Source: Octopus vulgaris
Taxonomy: Eukaryota
DNA: 64,000 bases
Assembly (NCBI GenBank): GCA_951406725.2
Contig: OX597830.1
Span: 51,956,001-52,020,000, forward strand
Direction: 5' to 3'
Part shown: positions 41,903-54,308 of the stretch, in pieces
Position numbering within the stretch: position 1 is the stretch's first letter
Layout: each line of letters starts with the position of its first letter
Made by a program: the position numbers and the translations under genes
Notes under the pieces: generated by a model
Told to the model about the DNA's origin: nothing
Database searches by the model: none
Seen by the model: only the letters and a program-made list of their open reading frames with translations

Positions 41903-41959
<57 letters not shown>

Positions 41960-42678
41960 TATATATATATATATATATTAATAATATCAAAATAAGAAAA
42001 AAATTAGAAATACTAGTGTGTAAAAAAATTAGTCAATATACTATATATTATTCATATAAATACAGTGTACATTTAAACACATAAGAGGTAAGCATAGAAG
42101 GAATAACCAAAATCCAACACACTGAAAAATTATAATGTATAAGCACGGGACACATGCTGGATTGCCTCGTGTTTATATGTTTAATCTTGGTATACCTGTT
42201 GATGAAAATTCCGCCAAGCAAATTATTTTATTTGCTAATATAGAGCTAGAAACCATGGTCCAGGAGATAGATGGTAAATGTTTTTATTTTTCATGCCCTT
42301 CGAAATTATCCCTAATAGTGGTTTGGATTTTGGTTGTTCCTTCTAGCGTGGTAGGTGTCCAATTATGGTTACCTCTTATGTGTTTAAATGTACACTGTAT
42401 TTATGTTTTTTGTATGTATGTATGTATGTATGTATGTATGTATGTATGTATGCATGTATATGTATATATGTAATGTTATAATAAAAGCAAATCTTGTTAA
42501 TTACAACTTTCCAGGGTTTCGTGTCCGAAGCATTCATCACGCCATTTTTCTAGCTTCCGACAGGAAACCTTGTATAGCTGTAATTAATAAAACTTGTGGT
42601 TTTAACTATAACATTTTCTTTACTCTCTCAGCTGATCAAGTGCTTTTCTACTTGTTGAAGCCTTATCACATGATCTCG

Positions 42679-42754
<76 letters not shown>

Positions 42755-43248
42755 TGATTATAGAGGATCCATATTGCATACCTCACTCTACTATACTTAT
42801 GTCACAATAATGACTCGTAACGAAACATTTGCAACAATACCAGATAACCCAACCGTCTTTTTAACACACACACACACATAAATATATATAAGACTGCTGA
42901 GTTACAGAAACAGACAAAATGATTTCTGGTATTGTTACGCCCATGAGTTTCCTCCTGAGTTCATATGCCACCGACGGGGTTGACTTTGCCTTTTTAAGTC
43001 GATAAAGTTGAGCTGTGTATATCAGTCGTAGTTGATTTTGCTATTTAGCCCCAGATTAGTGCTGAAACAGCAGGCTTCTGATTAATGATGTTCCAGAAGT
43101 GGCTATCCAATTCTTTATCCTTTTTTTTTTGAGACAGTACCTCTGTGACTTTATTATGCAATGTTTGCCAGGGTCTATAAAAGATCTATCAATGCAGAAT
43201 TACACTGGGAGTTACTTCGCCCGTGCGAATCCCTTCTCTAAAGATGGT

Positions 43249-43895
43249 CTCAAATTTTGGTACAAGGCCAGCAATTTTGGGGAGAGGTTAAATCGATTAC
43301 ATCGATCCCTGTGCACAACTGGTACTTATTTTATAGACCCCGGTAAGATTAAAGGCAAAGTCAACGCCGGCAGAATTTGAACTCAGAATGTGAAGACGGA
43401 TGAAATGCCGCTAATTATTTTGCCCGTCTTGCTAACAGTTCTGCCAGCTCACCGCCTTATCTTTTCACTAATAATAATAATTAATACATGTAATTAGTAA
43501 AATAAGTCTATATGTACTAGCAAAGAAGTATTAATTAGTAAAGTAATGTACCAATATAATTATTCGTTGGCTTCAAATTTTAGCACAGGGCAGGCAATAT
43601 TGGGAGAGTGGATAAATTGATTACATCGATCCATGTGCTCAACTGGTACCTATTTTATAGATCCCGGAAAGACTAAAGGCAAACTTGATACCGGCAGAAT
43701 TTGAACTTGAAAACGGACGAAATGCCGCTAAGCATTTCGCCCGTCGGTTCCGCCAGATCGCCGCCTTATTTCGTCCCTCATAATAATTAAGGAAAGTAAT
43801 TAGCAAAATAAGCCTATAATATACACTAGCAAAGAAGTAATAATTAGTAACACAATGTACCAATATTCATTGGTTTCAAATATTAGCGCATGGCT
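43249..43895. repeat. Tandem duplication (~325-bp unit, ~2 copies) of SINE plus flank
   Basis: tcaaatttt...SINE...gtaattag.aaaataag.ctata...ctagcaaagaagta...aatgtaccaatat repeated twice. Confidence 0.75.
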
Positions 43896-45377
43896 AAATA
43901 GTATTTGTTGTTAGAAACATTAAGTGAATTATGGGAATGCATAGGAAATAATTTGAGGCAATTAAAATTGTTTTAAAACTCTGAGTATCAAGTAAGAAAT
44001 AAAGGATTGACAACAAGACGAGTAAAATGAGTGTGTCCTTTTACTTCACATTTTAAAATTTCGAAATATTGAAATTAATGGAAAAGCACAAAATGCTGTT
44101 TTGTTCAGTTGTTTTTATGTATTTGCTCTTACATTATACGGCACTGACATTCAGAAAGTAATTTTAAGAAAATAAAATTAAAATATTAATTTTAGATTGT
44201 AATATTTAATCAAGCAAACAGATAAACCGTTTCTGCACATTCTGATTTCAGACGCTACCAATGAGAACATCTCATTTTCTTCTTCCATATTCGATAACTT
44301 AATGTACCAGTTAAATACTAGAGTCGATTTTATCGAAATCGACTCTTGCCTCCCCAAATTGTGATGTCTTGCGACTATCTTACAAATCGATATTTAGTCA
44401 AGTATACAGAGAAACCATTCCATTATCAAATTAAAGCTAATTGAACATAGAATATTGACCACACATCAAACGTCCCCAACACAATCATTAATAGTTTCAG
44501 AAACTCTGCGTGTAATCTCTACCAACACTTCCATGGTATCTCTCCTTAATCCGCTAATGATGTCAGTCTAGGTTAATAACATCCATAGCTTCTTCAATGT
44601 TCCATTCTCTGACTTTCTCAGCATTGATAATAATAAAGTTTTATACAGAGCCATTTAAATACTGCCATAGTAATTTTCTTTTTTATAGTGGAAACGGTGA
44701 ACAATAGCCTCTTGGATTACAATCAAACTCTATTCCGCTGAATGTATCACGCCGATAATGACAAGTCTACCTCAACAGATCAACTACAAAATAAAATAGA
44801 TTTTTAATAAAAAAGAACTAAGTTATTGATTTCTTTACGAATGTTTTGATCGTTGGTCGACATGTACATATATATGTATACATATACACGTGTCTGTGTG
44901 TAAATGTAAGTGTATCTTTTTTATATATTTTTTCTCTCTTTTACATGTTTTAGTTATTTGACTTCGGCCATGCAACAGCACCGCCTTGAAGAATTTTTAG
45001 TCGAATAAATCGACTCCAGTACTTCTTTTTTTTAAAGCCTGATATTCATTCTATCGGTCTCTCTTGCCGAACCGCAAATCTACAGATTATAATAGAACAC
45101 ACTTGACCTAGGTACAGTGCAGTGAGACTGAACGCAAAATCGCGTGATTACAAAATAAACTTCTGAACCACACAGTCCCACCCGAGTAATTATTCGGGTT
45201 ATTCATTCATTGTTGACGGCTGAAATTTCTAGGAATGAGAGACGGTGGATCTTACATAGCCGTACATGGCGGCAGTCAGGGTGAAATTTGTCACTGAACA
45301 ATAAAGAAATTAGTCAGGATATCACCACTACTTCCGTAGTTTGAGATACACGAAAGGTGGAGTGTAGGTAGAAACAT

Positions 45378-46310
45378 TGGTAATCAACAGTTGTTTATCT
45401 GCTGTGAGTCAATGGGCAGACAGAAACAAAATGCAACTGAACGAGGGAAAATTTGAGCTGATGCATTTTGGAAGAAATTCCTCACTAAAACAGCTATACT
45501 CTCTTCCTTCAGGGGAACCGCTCACAGCCTCTAACAATATCAGAGACCTGGGTGTAATTGTTGATGACGATCTCAGTTGGAGTGCACACATCAACAATAA
45601 GGTCGATATAGTTCGTAGGATGAGTTCCTGGATCTTAAGAACTTTCCGGTCCAGAGAACAAGGTGTCATCATACCACTTTTCTCCTCATTTGTACGGCCA
45701 CACCTCGAATACTGCTGCCCACTGTGGTCTCCCCATACAAGACAAAACATCTCGAGGATTTAATCACCCCAGAGGGCACTCACTAAACGAATTGAAGGCA
45801 TGGCTGCTCTCGATTATTGGGATCGCCTTAAAGCCTTGAAACTCTACTCTCTCCAGCGTCACTGTGAGCGGTACATCATCTGTACGATGTGGAGAATATC
45901 CCGCCAACTTTGCCCAAACGACCGGAACATTAGCTTCAAGGTTCATCCAAGACTGGGACCACGGGCCATACGTCCCCTGCCCAATTCAAGATCACAGCAT
46001 ACATATACACTACAATATAATTTATTTTCCTCAACAAGCCCTGCCCTATTTAACATTGTCCCGAAAGAGATCAAGGAGGAAAAGGATCCCATCAACTTTA
46101 AACGGAGTCTGAATAGATTCCTTCAAGGAATACCAGATAAGCCACCCATAATTGGATACAACTCACCCAACAAAAACTCACTACTTGAATGGATCATAAA
46201 CAAAACTTGACTTAAACAGGATTCAGATAATCCTATCAGGTGGTGCTATTAAGTTAGACATGGCCTGGACCAATCTTTGGTTGAAACATATCTAAGTTTA
46301 TCTAAGTTTA
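45378..46310 (+). mobile_element. 5'-truncated CR1/L2-group LINE 3' end
   Basis: WADRNKMQLNEGKF, RDLGVIVDDDLSW, FVRPHLEYCCPLWSPH and LKLYSLQR.. motifs; short tandem tail tctaagttta x2. Confidence 0.85.
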
Positions 46311-46344
46311 TATATATATATATATTGATTCGGGGTTTGTAAAA

Positions 46345-46380
<36 letters not shown>

Positions 46381-46671
46381 CAATCAAATTCCGACATTAC
46401 CTGATTTTTGCATTTTATTCTCCTGTTTACAATCTTACATTACATATTAACAATATCACAAGTACTTTCATGTTTCATAGCAAACGACTAATATATTTCG
46501 CAACTGACAACTGTACCCAAGCACACGCGCGTACACGCACACACACATACACACACACGCACATTGGAAAAAACAAACACAAGCCGACTACGACAGTTAG
46601 CCAGTATCGATGTATAATTGAACGGATGTGTATATGTATGATATCAATCGCATATATATATATATACTCAC

Positions 46672-46756
46672 GTATTTTCTGAGCTTCATTGCCGTAAGCC
46701 TGGATTATATATAAGGTAAATACTGCAAGGAGCAAACTTATGGCTTGGCTTTGCAT
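46672..46756 (-). CDS. LFRFa: LFRFamide precursor, first coding exon (signal peptide)
   Basis: Acceptor cttttcag|AGACCAGT precedes ATG at 46756. MQSQAISLLLAVFTLYIIQAYG-NEAQKI is a typical signal peptide. Donor C|GTGAGT at 46671 is phase 1 and matches the 41739 acceptor, giving a 185-aa precursor. Confidence 0.85.
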
Positions 46757-46921
46757 ACTGGTCTCTGAAAAGAGGAATAAGATGGGTAGACGAGTTAGTG
46801 AGAGGATCAGTGTCAGGGTGTGTGTGCGGCTGAACGAGTGAGTGAATAAGTGAGCAGGTGAATGAGTGAGTGAAACAGTTTCTGAGTGTTTTAATGAGTC
46901 AGTGTATTTCTGAATGAGTGC

Positions 46922-46997
<76 letters not shown>

Positions 46998-47458
46998 CAC
47001 ACACACATACAAATCTAATGCTCTTAGCTTAGACTTTTGGGGGCCAAAAAGACCGAACTGTCGCAAGTGTAACTGCCCGAACAGTAAGGACTTTTGGTAA
47101 CTTGACTGAGGAAAGAAGTACCACGAGTGACCCGTCTTCTTTGCCTGTCCTTCTCAATGCTGATTCTCCTGTCAGCCTTTGTATCGTCTATCTGTCCGAA
47201 TGCTTTATTGTCCTCTATTGCGTTTTTATTCCATTTTTAATATATATATATATATATATATTTATACATACATATATATATATATATATGAATGTATGTA
47301 TGTATATATATGCATTCATGTATATGTATGCATATATGTATATATATACGTCTATACATAGGCACATATTGTACAATAATTAGACATATATTCCTGAGAT
47401 TGTTAATTTGTATCAAATGCATGTGCATGAATATAAGTGTGGGTGTGTCTGTGTGTAT

Positions 47459-47549
<91 letters not shown>

Positions 47550-48680
47550 GCAACTAGCATTATTAGTTATCCAATTCGTGCTGCGAATCTGAAGCTGTTG
47601 AAATACGATTTGTAGCTGATTTTCAATTATCATTTGAATCAAATTAATTAGCCAAACCTGATTGGCTAACTGAACCTGACATGTGGCCAATTGACACTCA
47701 TTAGAGTGTAGAATAGAATGACTTAACGTATTTGTTCAGACTCTCTACGCTCTGAGTTCAAATTACGCCGCGGTCATCTTCCGTCATCTCAAAGTCAACA
47801 AATAAAGTTTTACCCCTGGGTGTAGTTAACCGGAATCGGGAATAGATGATTCCGTGATATTTAATTCGTCTGGGTTCCCTGATAGCAGATTTAATCCACC
47901 AACACTTTCAACAGAGAGACCACTTTCTCCTCGAGTACATTTGTAGAATCTAATCTGTTGTCATCCGGTTTAACACCACGATCTGATCCATGGGTAGTTT
48001 TAGAGATATCCACTCTGTTGTTACCCGGTTTAACACCACCACGTGCGTCTTGGGTAACTTTCGTTGAGTCTAATCTGTTGCAACCCTTCAAGCCAGCTAT
48101 CCCGTTTGGCAATAACTTATTGCTTCCTCCAAGCAATACCCAGAGTGCATGATAAAGAAGAGCAGTAAAGTATAATGGACGCTCTCTGTTTCCTCCTGAC
48201 AAAATGGTTTTTAAATCCGTCATCTGTAAAACGAAGTTTTGGCAAATGAAGAATACAAACAACCAAGATTACGTGATAATTACTAACGTGATCTGAGAAT
48301 GTACTGGAAGTGAAACAGATTTTATCATTACTTCACTTCGTGGTTGCGTTCTTTCATTCGTTTGTAAAAATCACTAAACCTGCTAGTTTCCCTTTGCGAT
48401 TATTTTTCAACAATAGCGTCTACTATGAAGCGAAAGACAGTTTCGTCTCTAACTACTGCTACCTGATTACTTCTGAAGACTCACTGCTGCCCCAGATTAT
48501 CATTAAGGAACCATCCTGTTCAGGTGTGTATTTTGACGTTAAATCAGTTAGGGTTCATTCAACACAACATAGGCATGTATGTATGTATGTATGTATGTAT
48601 GTATGTATGTATGTATGTATGTATGTATGTATGCATGCATGTATGTATGTATGTATGTATATATGTATCAAGAGATGACT

Positions 48681-48743
48681 AGATAACCGAAGAGATGGTG
48701 TTGTGGATTTCCACTTCGGCATCCGAAACTCAGAGTTTTATCT
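48681..48743 (+). ncRNA. Degenerate type I hammerhead motif
   Basis: Stem I AGATAA/TTATCT; core CCGAAGA; stem II GATG..GTGGA/TCCAC..CATC; GAAACTC-A-GAGTT. Confidence 0.5.
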
Positions 48744-48844
48744 TGACTATTGAATAATTGTAACATATTATTTCATAGATAAATTTCCTCTATTTGCCTA
48801 ATATTGAGGTCTCTTTCTTTCTTTTTGTTATCTTAGCGTTTTTA

Positions 48845-48886
<42 letters not shown>

Positions 48887-48999
48887 GAAAAAGACATTTT
48901 TTATCAATTCAAAGTGAACAATTAAATTACACCATCTAGAAAATTACATATAATAGAAATATTAAAAATAAAATAACAATAATATACTGATGATTAAGT

Positions 49000-49925
49000 A
49001 AATTGCAAAATAATAATAAAAACGTATATATTTGGTAGAATAACGACACGTGTTTCGTGGCTATATTTAAGAAATTATTATAGTAAAAAAAATTAATAGT
49101 AGTAGTAAAATATATAATAGAAATATATTTCAAAAAGAAAATAGAAACTACTCGTGGATGAGATATGGGGAAAGTAAGAAGAAAAAAAGCAAAATGCACG
49201 TTGGATATCAAAACAATAAAGGGTTTTTTTAATGAAAAGTACGATAACTATTTACAATTAGATGAACTAAGGTAGAATTAAGAGGATTAAAAGTAATTAT
49301 TATGAATTGCTAAAGGGATTCGAAGTCATACCGATTTCGTCAATTACTGTTCACTGGCTTTGAATGCGCACCGATTATGAAACGGTGTTGGGCTAACTAG
49401 TCCCTAAGTAAAAAGATTATGTGTAAGGGAGGTAAGTAGTTCTGGATGTGGTGCATTTAGAGTAGATATAATACTGTAATAAGAAAGATGTATGGGATGT
49501 ATGGGAGCTAGTGGTGTTATTGCTAAGGTTAGTAGTGTTCTGTATTATGTTATGTGTTCATGTTAAGTTGTGGATAGAATTTATTGATGAAAGTTGCCTC
49601 TTCGTTTATTCTTTGCTCTCCTGAGGTGTTCTGTGAACATTGATAGAAGGAGAAAATTAGGAAGTCAGGATTAAGATTCCTAGCACATTTTTCTATGTGT
49701 TCACTGACCTGTCTGTATTGTGGGTCACGGATTTGTTCTTTGTGAAGGCTGGTTCTTCGACGGAGTGATATTCCTGATTGGTCAATATATTGATTACCAC
49801 ATCTTAAGCAGGAAATGTCTTAGACTAGGTTTTCCGAGCCACAGGTGAAATTTCATTTAATCTTAAATATTTCACCTTGTTTGAAGTGGAACTCTGTAGC
49901 CTCCAAAAGCCATTATTTTTTAATC
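49000..49925 (-). mobile_element. Penelope-like element 3' fragment (GIY-YIG)
   Basis: Minus-strand translation FTCGSENLV*DISCLRCGNQYIDQSGISLRRRTSLHKEQIRDP...VSEHIEKC...FINKFYPQLN at ~49560-49850. Confidence 0.75.
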
Positions 49926-50121
49926 TCTAATGTGCGTTTTCGCTTTACTTTTCCTATATGTGTATGTATATATACTTATGTATGTATACATATATATATA
50001 TTACATAGTGGCATGTGCATGTACGCGCATATATATTATATTACATATATGTATGTGCATGTATGTATATATATATATAACTAAATGCATAAATATGTAT
50101 GTATATTTATATATCTATCTA

Positions 50122-50122
50122 G

Positions 50123-50159
<37 letters not shown>

Positions 50160-50563
50160 TGAGATTGTGTATCTGTATGTATGAATCTCTAAAAGTCGAG
50201 GTCTTCACACATGATTTCCTTGAAATTTTACACATGCATTACTTATGGTCCAACGTGTGTCATGGGCCAAAGAAATTTCAACTTCTGGCCCAGTGCGGAC
50301 TCGAAGCAATCTTTTAGACTGGTTCGGTATTACGTGTCAAAAATGAATATTGTTTCACTCTTAATTCTGTGGTAAGATTATAATATTGTTTCACTTTTAT
50401 TCTTTCACTTTTAATTCTAATGTGCTAACACTAAGTCCAAGGTATATAACAATACACATTTACCGGTCAAGTACCAGTTAATAACTATCGCAGCAGTTGC
50501 AAGGTTTCAAGGTATTTACAGTTACATATTAACCGTTCAATTAATATTTTATGCATGTGCTTC

Positions 50564-50606
<43 letters not shown>

Positions 50607-51935
50607 GAAATTTATATATAATTATTATTGTAAAATTAGCAGTTTGTACATGTGCTTCTATTTGGTTAATCTATATATATCTATATATATCAAATGGCTG
50701 CACCAAATCAAATCTAATTTTACAAGGTAATAGTATCACACCCTACGTGTGTTAACGTGTAATTTTTTCATTTCGTTAAAACAATATAACATTTTATATA
50801 GATAATCTTTCTATAGTTAATTATAGTACAGCACATTTTATAGCACGACGACGATAACGTCACATTTTGTATATGAGTGTGTATGTGTCTGTGAGTGTAT
50901 GAGTGTGTATGTCTCTATGACTGTGTGTGTGTGTAAGTACTTGCGCGTTCGATATGTACGTTATTTAACACAAAAATACATATACCTATGTGACAAAAAT
51001 GGCTGGAGGTGAAACTCTTGACAAAAAAGAATTAGGTGCCACGTCCAAGGTATATATAAAAGTACATATTCCCTGTTCAGTTACCAGTTTATAATTAGCA
51101 CGGCATTTGCACGCTTGCAAATTATTTGGTTATATTTGGTTAATTTACACTGAATACAAATATACTGACATACTACATTAATATAACTGCTTACAAAAAT
51201 AAAGATTAATGTATATTTTCTCTATGTTCATAATATTTTGATTACACAATTGAAAAATAAAATATGCCACCAAAGAAAAACCGTAATCTCTCCATCTATC
51301 AAGCAAGGAGGATTGCAGAAAACCAATGGCGAGAGTCTCAAGAGAGAAGGGATATGAGACTTTCTCAAGATCAGCAAAGGCATGCTACAGCACATCAGAT
51401 GGAGCCTCAAGAGAAAAGGAAGATAAGACTTTCTCAGGATCAACAAAGGCATGCTGCAGTACGTCGAATAGAGTCCTAAGAGAGAAGGGATATGAGACGT
51501 TCTCAAAATCTGCAAAGTCATGCTACAGCACATCAGATGGGGTCTCAAGAGAGAAGCGAGATAAGACTTTCCCAAGATCAGCAAAAGCCTGCTGCAGCAC
51601 GTCTGATGGAGTCTCGAGAGAGAAGGGAGATGAGACTTTCCCAAGATCAGCAAAAGCATGATGCAGCCCTTAATGCTGAATCATTAAAACAATGTTTAGC
51701 ATGCCAGATTACACAGAGGTCCAATAGAAAAGCTCTCAGAAAGAGACCACGTAGAAATTCGTTCTTCACAACTCCTGGAGCTGCTTTCAGATATGATCCA
51801 TCCCATTCTTATAAAAATTATTATTCTGTCCATATTGATGTGCTAAACTAAAATTGTCGTTTCTCCAAAGTTTTAGAATTTACTACACAAATGTTTTGTT
51901 GTCAATGCTGTATAACCTGTTTCAACATAACTATA
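50122..51935 (+). mobile_element. Helitron 5' portion with N-terminal RepHel coding remnant
   Basis: Helitron-like 5' start (TATATAAAACTGAGATTGTGTATCTGT). ORF MPPKK... has 23-aa STPR-like repeats followed by AAFRYDPS..Y...VHI...CRF, resembling the lead-in to the RepHel zinc-finger region. Confidence 0.65.
51264..51851 (+). pseudogene. STPR-like 23-aa (69-bp) repeat ORF, Helitron-derived, with in-frame stop
   Basis: About 5 copies of ESQERRDMRLSQDQQRHATAHQM; TAA at 51477-51479 interrupts an otherwise continuous frame. Confidence 0.7.
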
Positions 51936-51943
51936 ACATATAT

Positions 51944-51991
<48 letters not shown>

Positions 51992-51994
51992 GTG

Positions 51995-52375
51995 AACTAG
52001 CAGAAACTTTAGAACGCGAGCGAAATGCTTAGCGGTATTTCGTCTGCCGCTACGTTCTGAGTTCAAATTCCGCCGAGGTCGACTTTGCCTTTCATCCTTT
52101 CGGGTTAGATTAAATAAGTACCAGTTACGCACTGGAGTCGATATAATCGACTTAATCCGTTTTTCTGTCCTTGTTTGTCCCCTCTGTGTTTAGTCCCCTG
52201 TGGGTAGTAAAGAAATAGGTATTTCGACTGCGTTTACGTTTTGAGTTCAAGTTCCGCCGAAGTCAACTTCGCCTTTCATTCTTTCGGGATCGGTAAATTA
52301 AAAACCAGTTGCATACTGAAGTAGATCTAATCCACTGGCTCCCACTCACCCAAAATTTGGGGCCTTGTGCCGAGA
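51995..52375 (+). mobile_element. Octopus SINE (OR1-like) nested in or adjacent to an older SINE
   Basis: Full consensus to ~52220, followed by a second partial copy. Confidence 0.8.
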
Positions 52376-52911
52376 AAAAAATGAAAGAAAAAATAATTAT
52401 ATTCTTACTCTCTTAACGCGATTGTAATTACAGTTCATATATCTTGATTCACTACATTAAGCGTGTCAGCACCAACTGTTATTGCGTGGTTTGTATACAG
52501 AAGGCGTCTCTAGACATTTTTATCCAGGTATTAACAAAAATTTACCGCCGAAATCAAATACACATCAATCAACGTCGGCACGAAGCTACAGTCTTTAGTC
52601 TCGTGGGTAGTGTTGATTAACGATACAGTATTACCTTACAATATAACTAGTAACCATATAACATGGACGGTTAAATGTGTAATTTGATCCTTGGATTAAA
52701 TATCCGAATAGCTTTAAATGAATTTTTAATTAATATTAATCAACGATCGATTTACTCTGATTTCGTCATTTTGGCGAAAATTATTAAAAATAAATAAATT
52801 ATTCTATAAATTGAAGCAAAAATTATTTATTTATTCAAAAATTCTTGAAGTAAATGTGAACTTATATCTTTCTCTTTCCTCTGTCCTTTATTTCTATCTC
52901 TCTTAATCCCC

Positions 52912-52979
<68 letters not shown>

Positions 52980-53115
52980 ACATTTCTTTCTCCAGCCCTC
53001 TAGCTCTCTGTCACTCTATCAATTTTTATCACTGATTCTAGAAATTTCAATCCCTCACTCTTTCTATTTTTCACCCTGCCTATGTATTCATCTATTTTTA
53101 TCTTTATTTATACCT

Positions 53116-53163
<48 letters not shown>

Positions 53164-54164
53164 GTCTGTCTATCTATCTATCTATCTCTCTCTCTATCTA
53201 TCTCTCTCTCTCCCTCTCTTTTATTCACACTCTGCCCATCCGCCATCTTTCAATTTTTCTCTTTTTAATTATTCTCTATCTGCCTGTCTCTTTTCTCTAT
53301 CTCTTTGTCTCTCTCTCTCATTCAATCACTATCTATCCGTCCCTCCCACACTGTTTTTCACTCTCTCTATATATATTTCTATCGATCCGTCGCTAACTCT
53401 CCCACATTGTTACTATCCTTCTTATAGACTACACTGTAACTCTTCCGTTCTTTGTTGGTCTTTTTGTCATTATTTCTACATATCTCCTTTCCCTCTCTCA
53501 TTCTTTCTATCTATTTCTCTCGCTTCTTCCCTCTCCACCCCTCTCTCTCTCTCTCTTCCTCTCTCTCTCTCATTCGCTCTTCCTGTTGTACAATCTAAAA
53601 TGAGGACATGAATGATGGCTACACACGACGACACACACACAACCATGTCACGAAAGCCACATTCTCTTAATTGCTATTATTACAGACCATAATGTTTTAT
53701 CAAAGATACGGCCTCTCATTCACCTCGAACATTGACACAAACCGCCCCAGCTTAATTAAATTTTACTTCCTTAACCACTCAGTAAATTATCTGGTGTTGT
53801 TATTTGAAACTGTTTGAAGATTTTCTAACTAATTTCGCAACAATCATTCATTTTGTGTCTAGTTGTAACTTCAAAGGAGAAAATTTAGTTCTGTTTGAAA
53901 TAATCACAGCAGATTGTTATTTAGTCAAGTACAATGGCGTTTCAATTAATTTGTCGCTTGGTTTAACATATTTAAACATATTTCTCTTCAATATGGTTCG
54001 CGTCGCTGACAAAAGAGCCTCTGGACCTTTGGCTGCTTTTAACAGAGTCCACGCTGTTGCGGACAGCCTGTTAAGATCATAGTCTGAGAATACTTTCCAT
54101 ATTCCACTCGCAAGTTCTGGAGACACCCCCAACAAAAACAAAAGGCACTGATCCATTACCACCA

Positions 54165-54308
54165 CCACTGCCCACGCTGATCGATTAAATCATTTTTATA
54201 AAGGCGTAGGGATAATTTGCTTTTGTAACGAACGATGAAAACATGGGTTTAAATTTTAGGAAAATGGAAAGAGTTCTCATACGCTCTCGAGAAGAGAGGT
54301 AAATGACG
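54165..54308 (-). promoter_or_regulatory. Possible promoter/TSS of the LFRFamide gene
   Basis: Minus-strand TATAAAAA at 54200-54193, a CA ~30 nt downstream (54170) and a TGACG half-CRE at 54304-54308, within a repeat-free block. The gene needs an upstream non-coding exon because its ATG exon begins with an acceptor. Confidence 0.3.

Noticed and set aside
53917-54168. 83-aa minus-strand ORF
   Set aside because: No domain or splice support; more plausibly UTR or promoter sequence.
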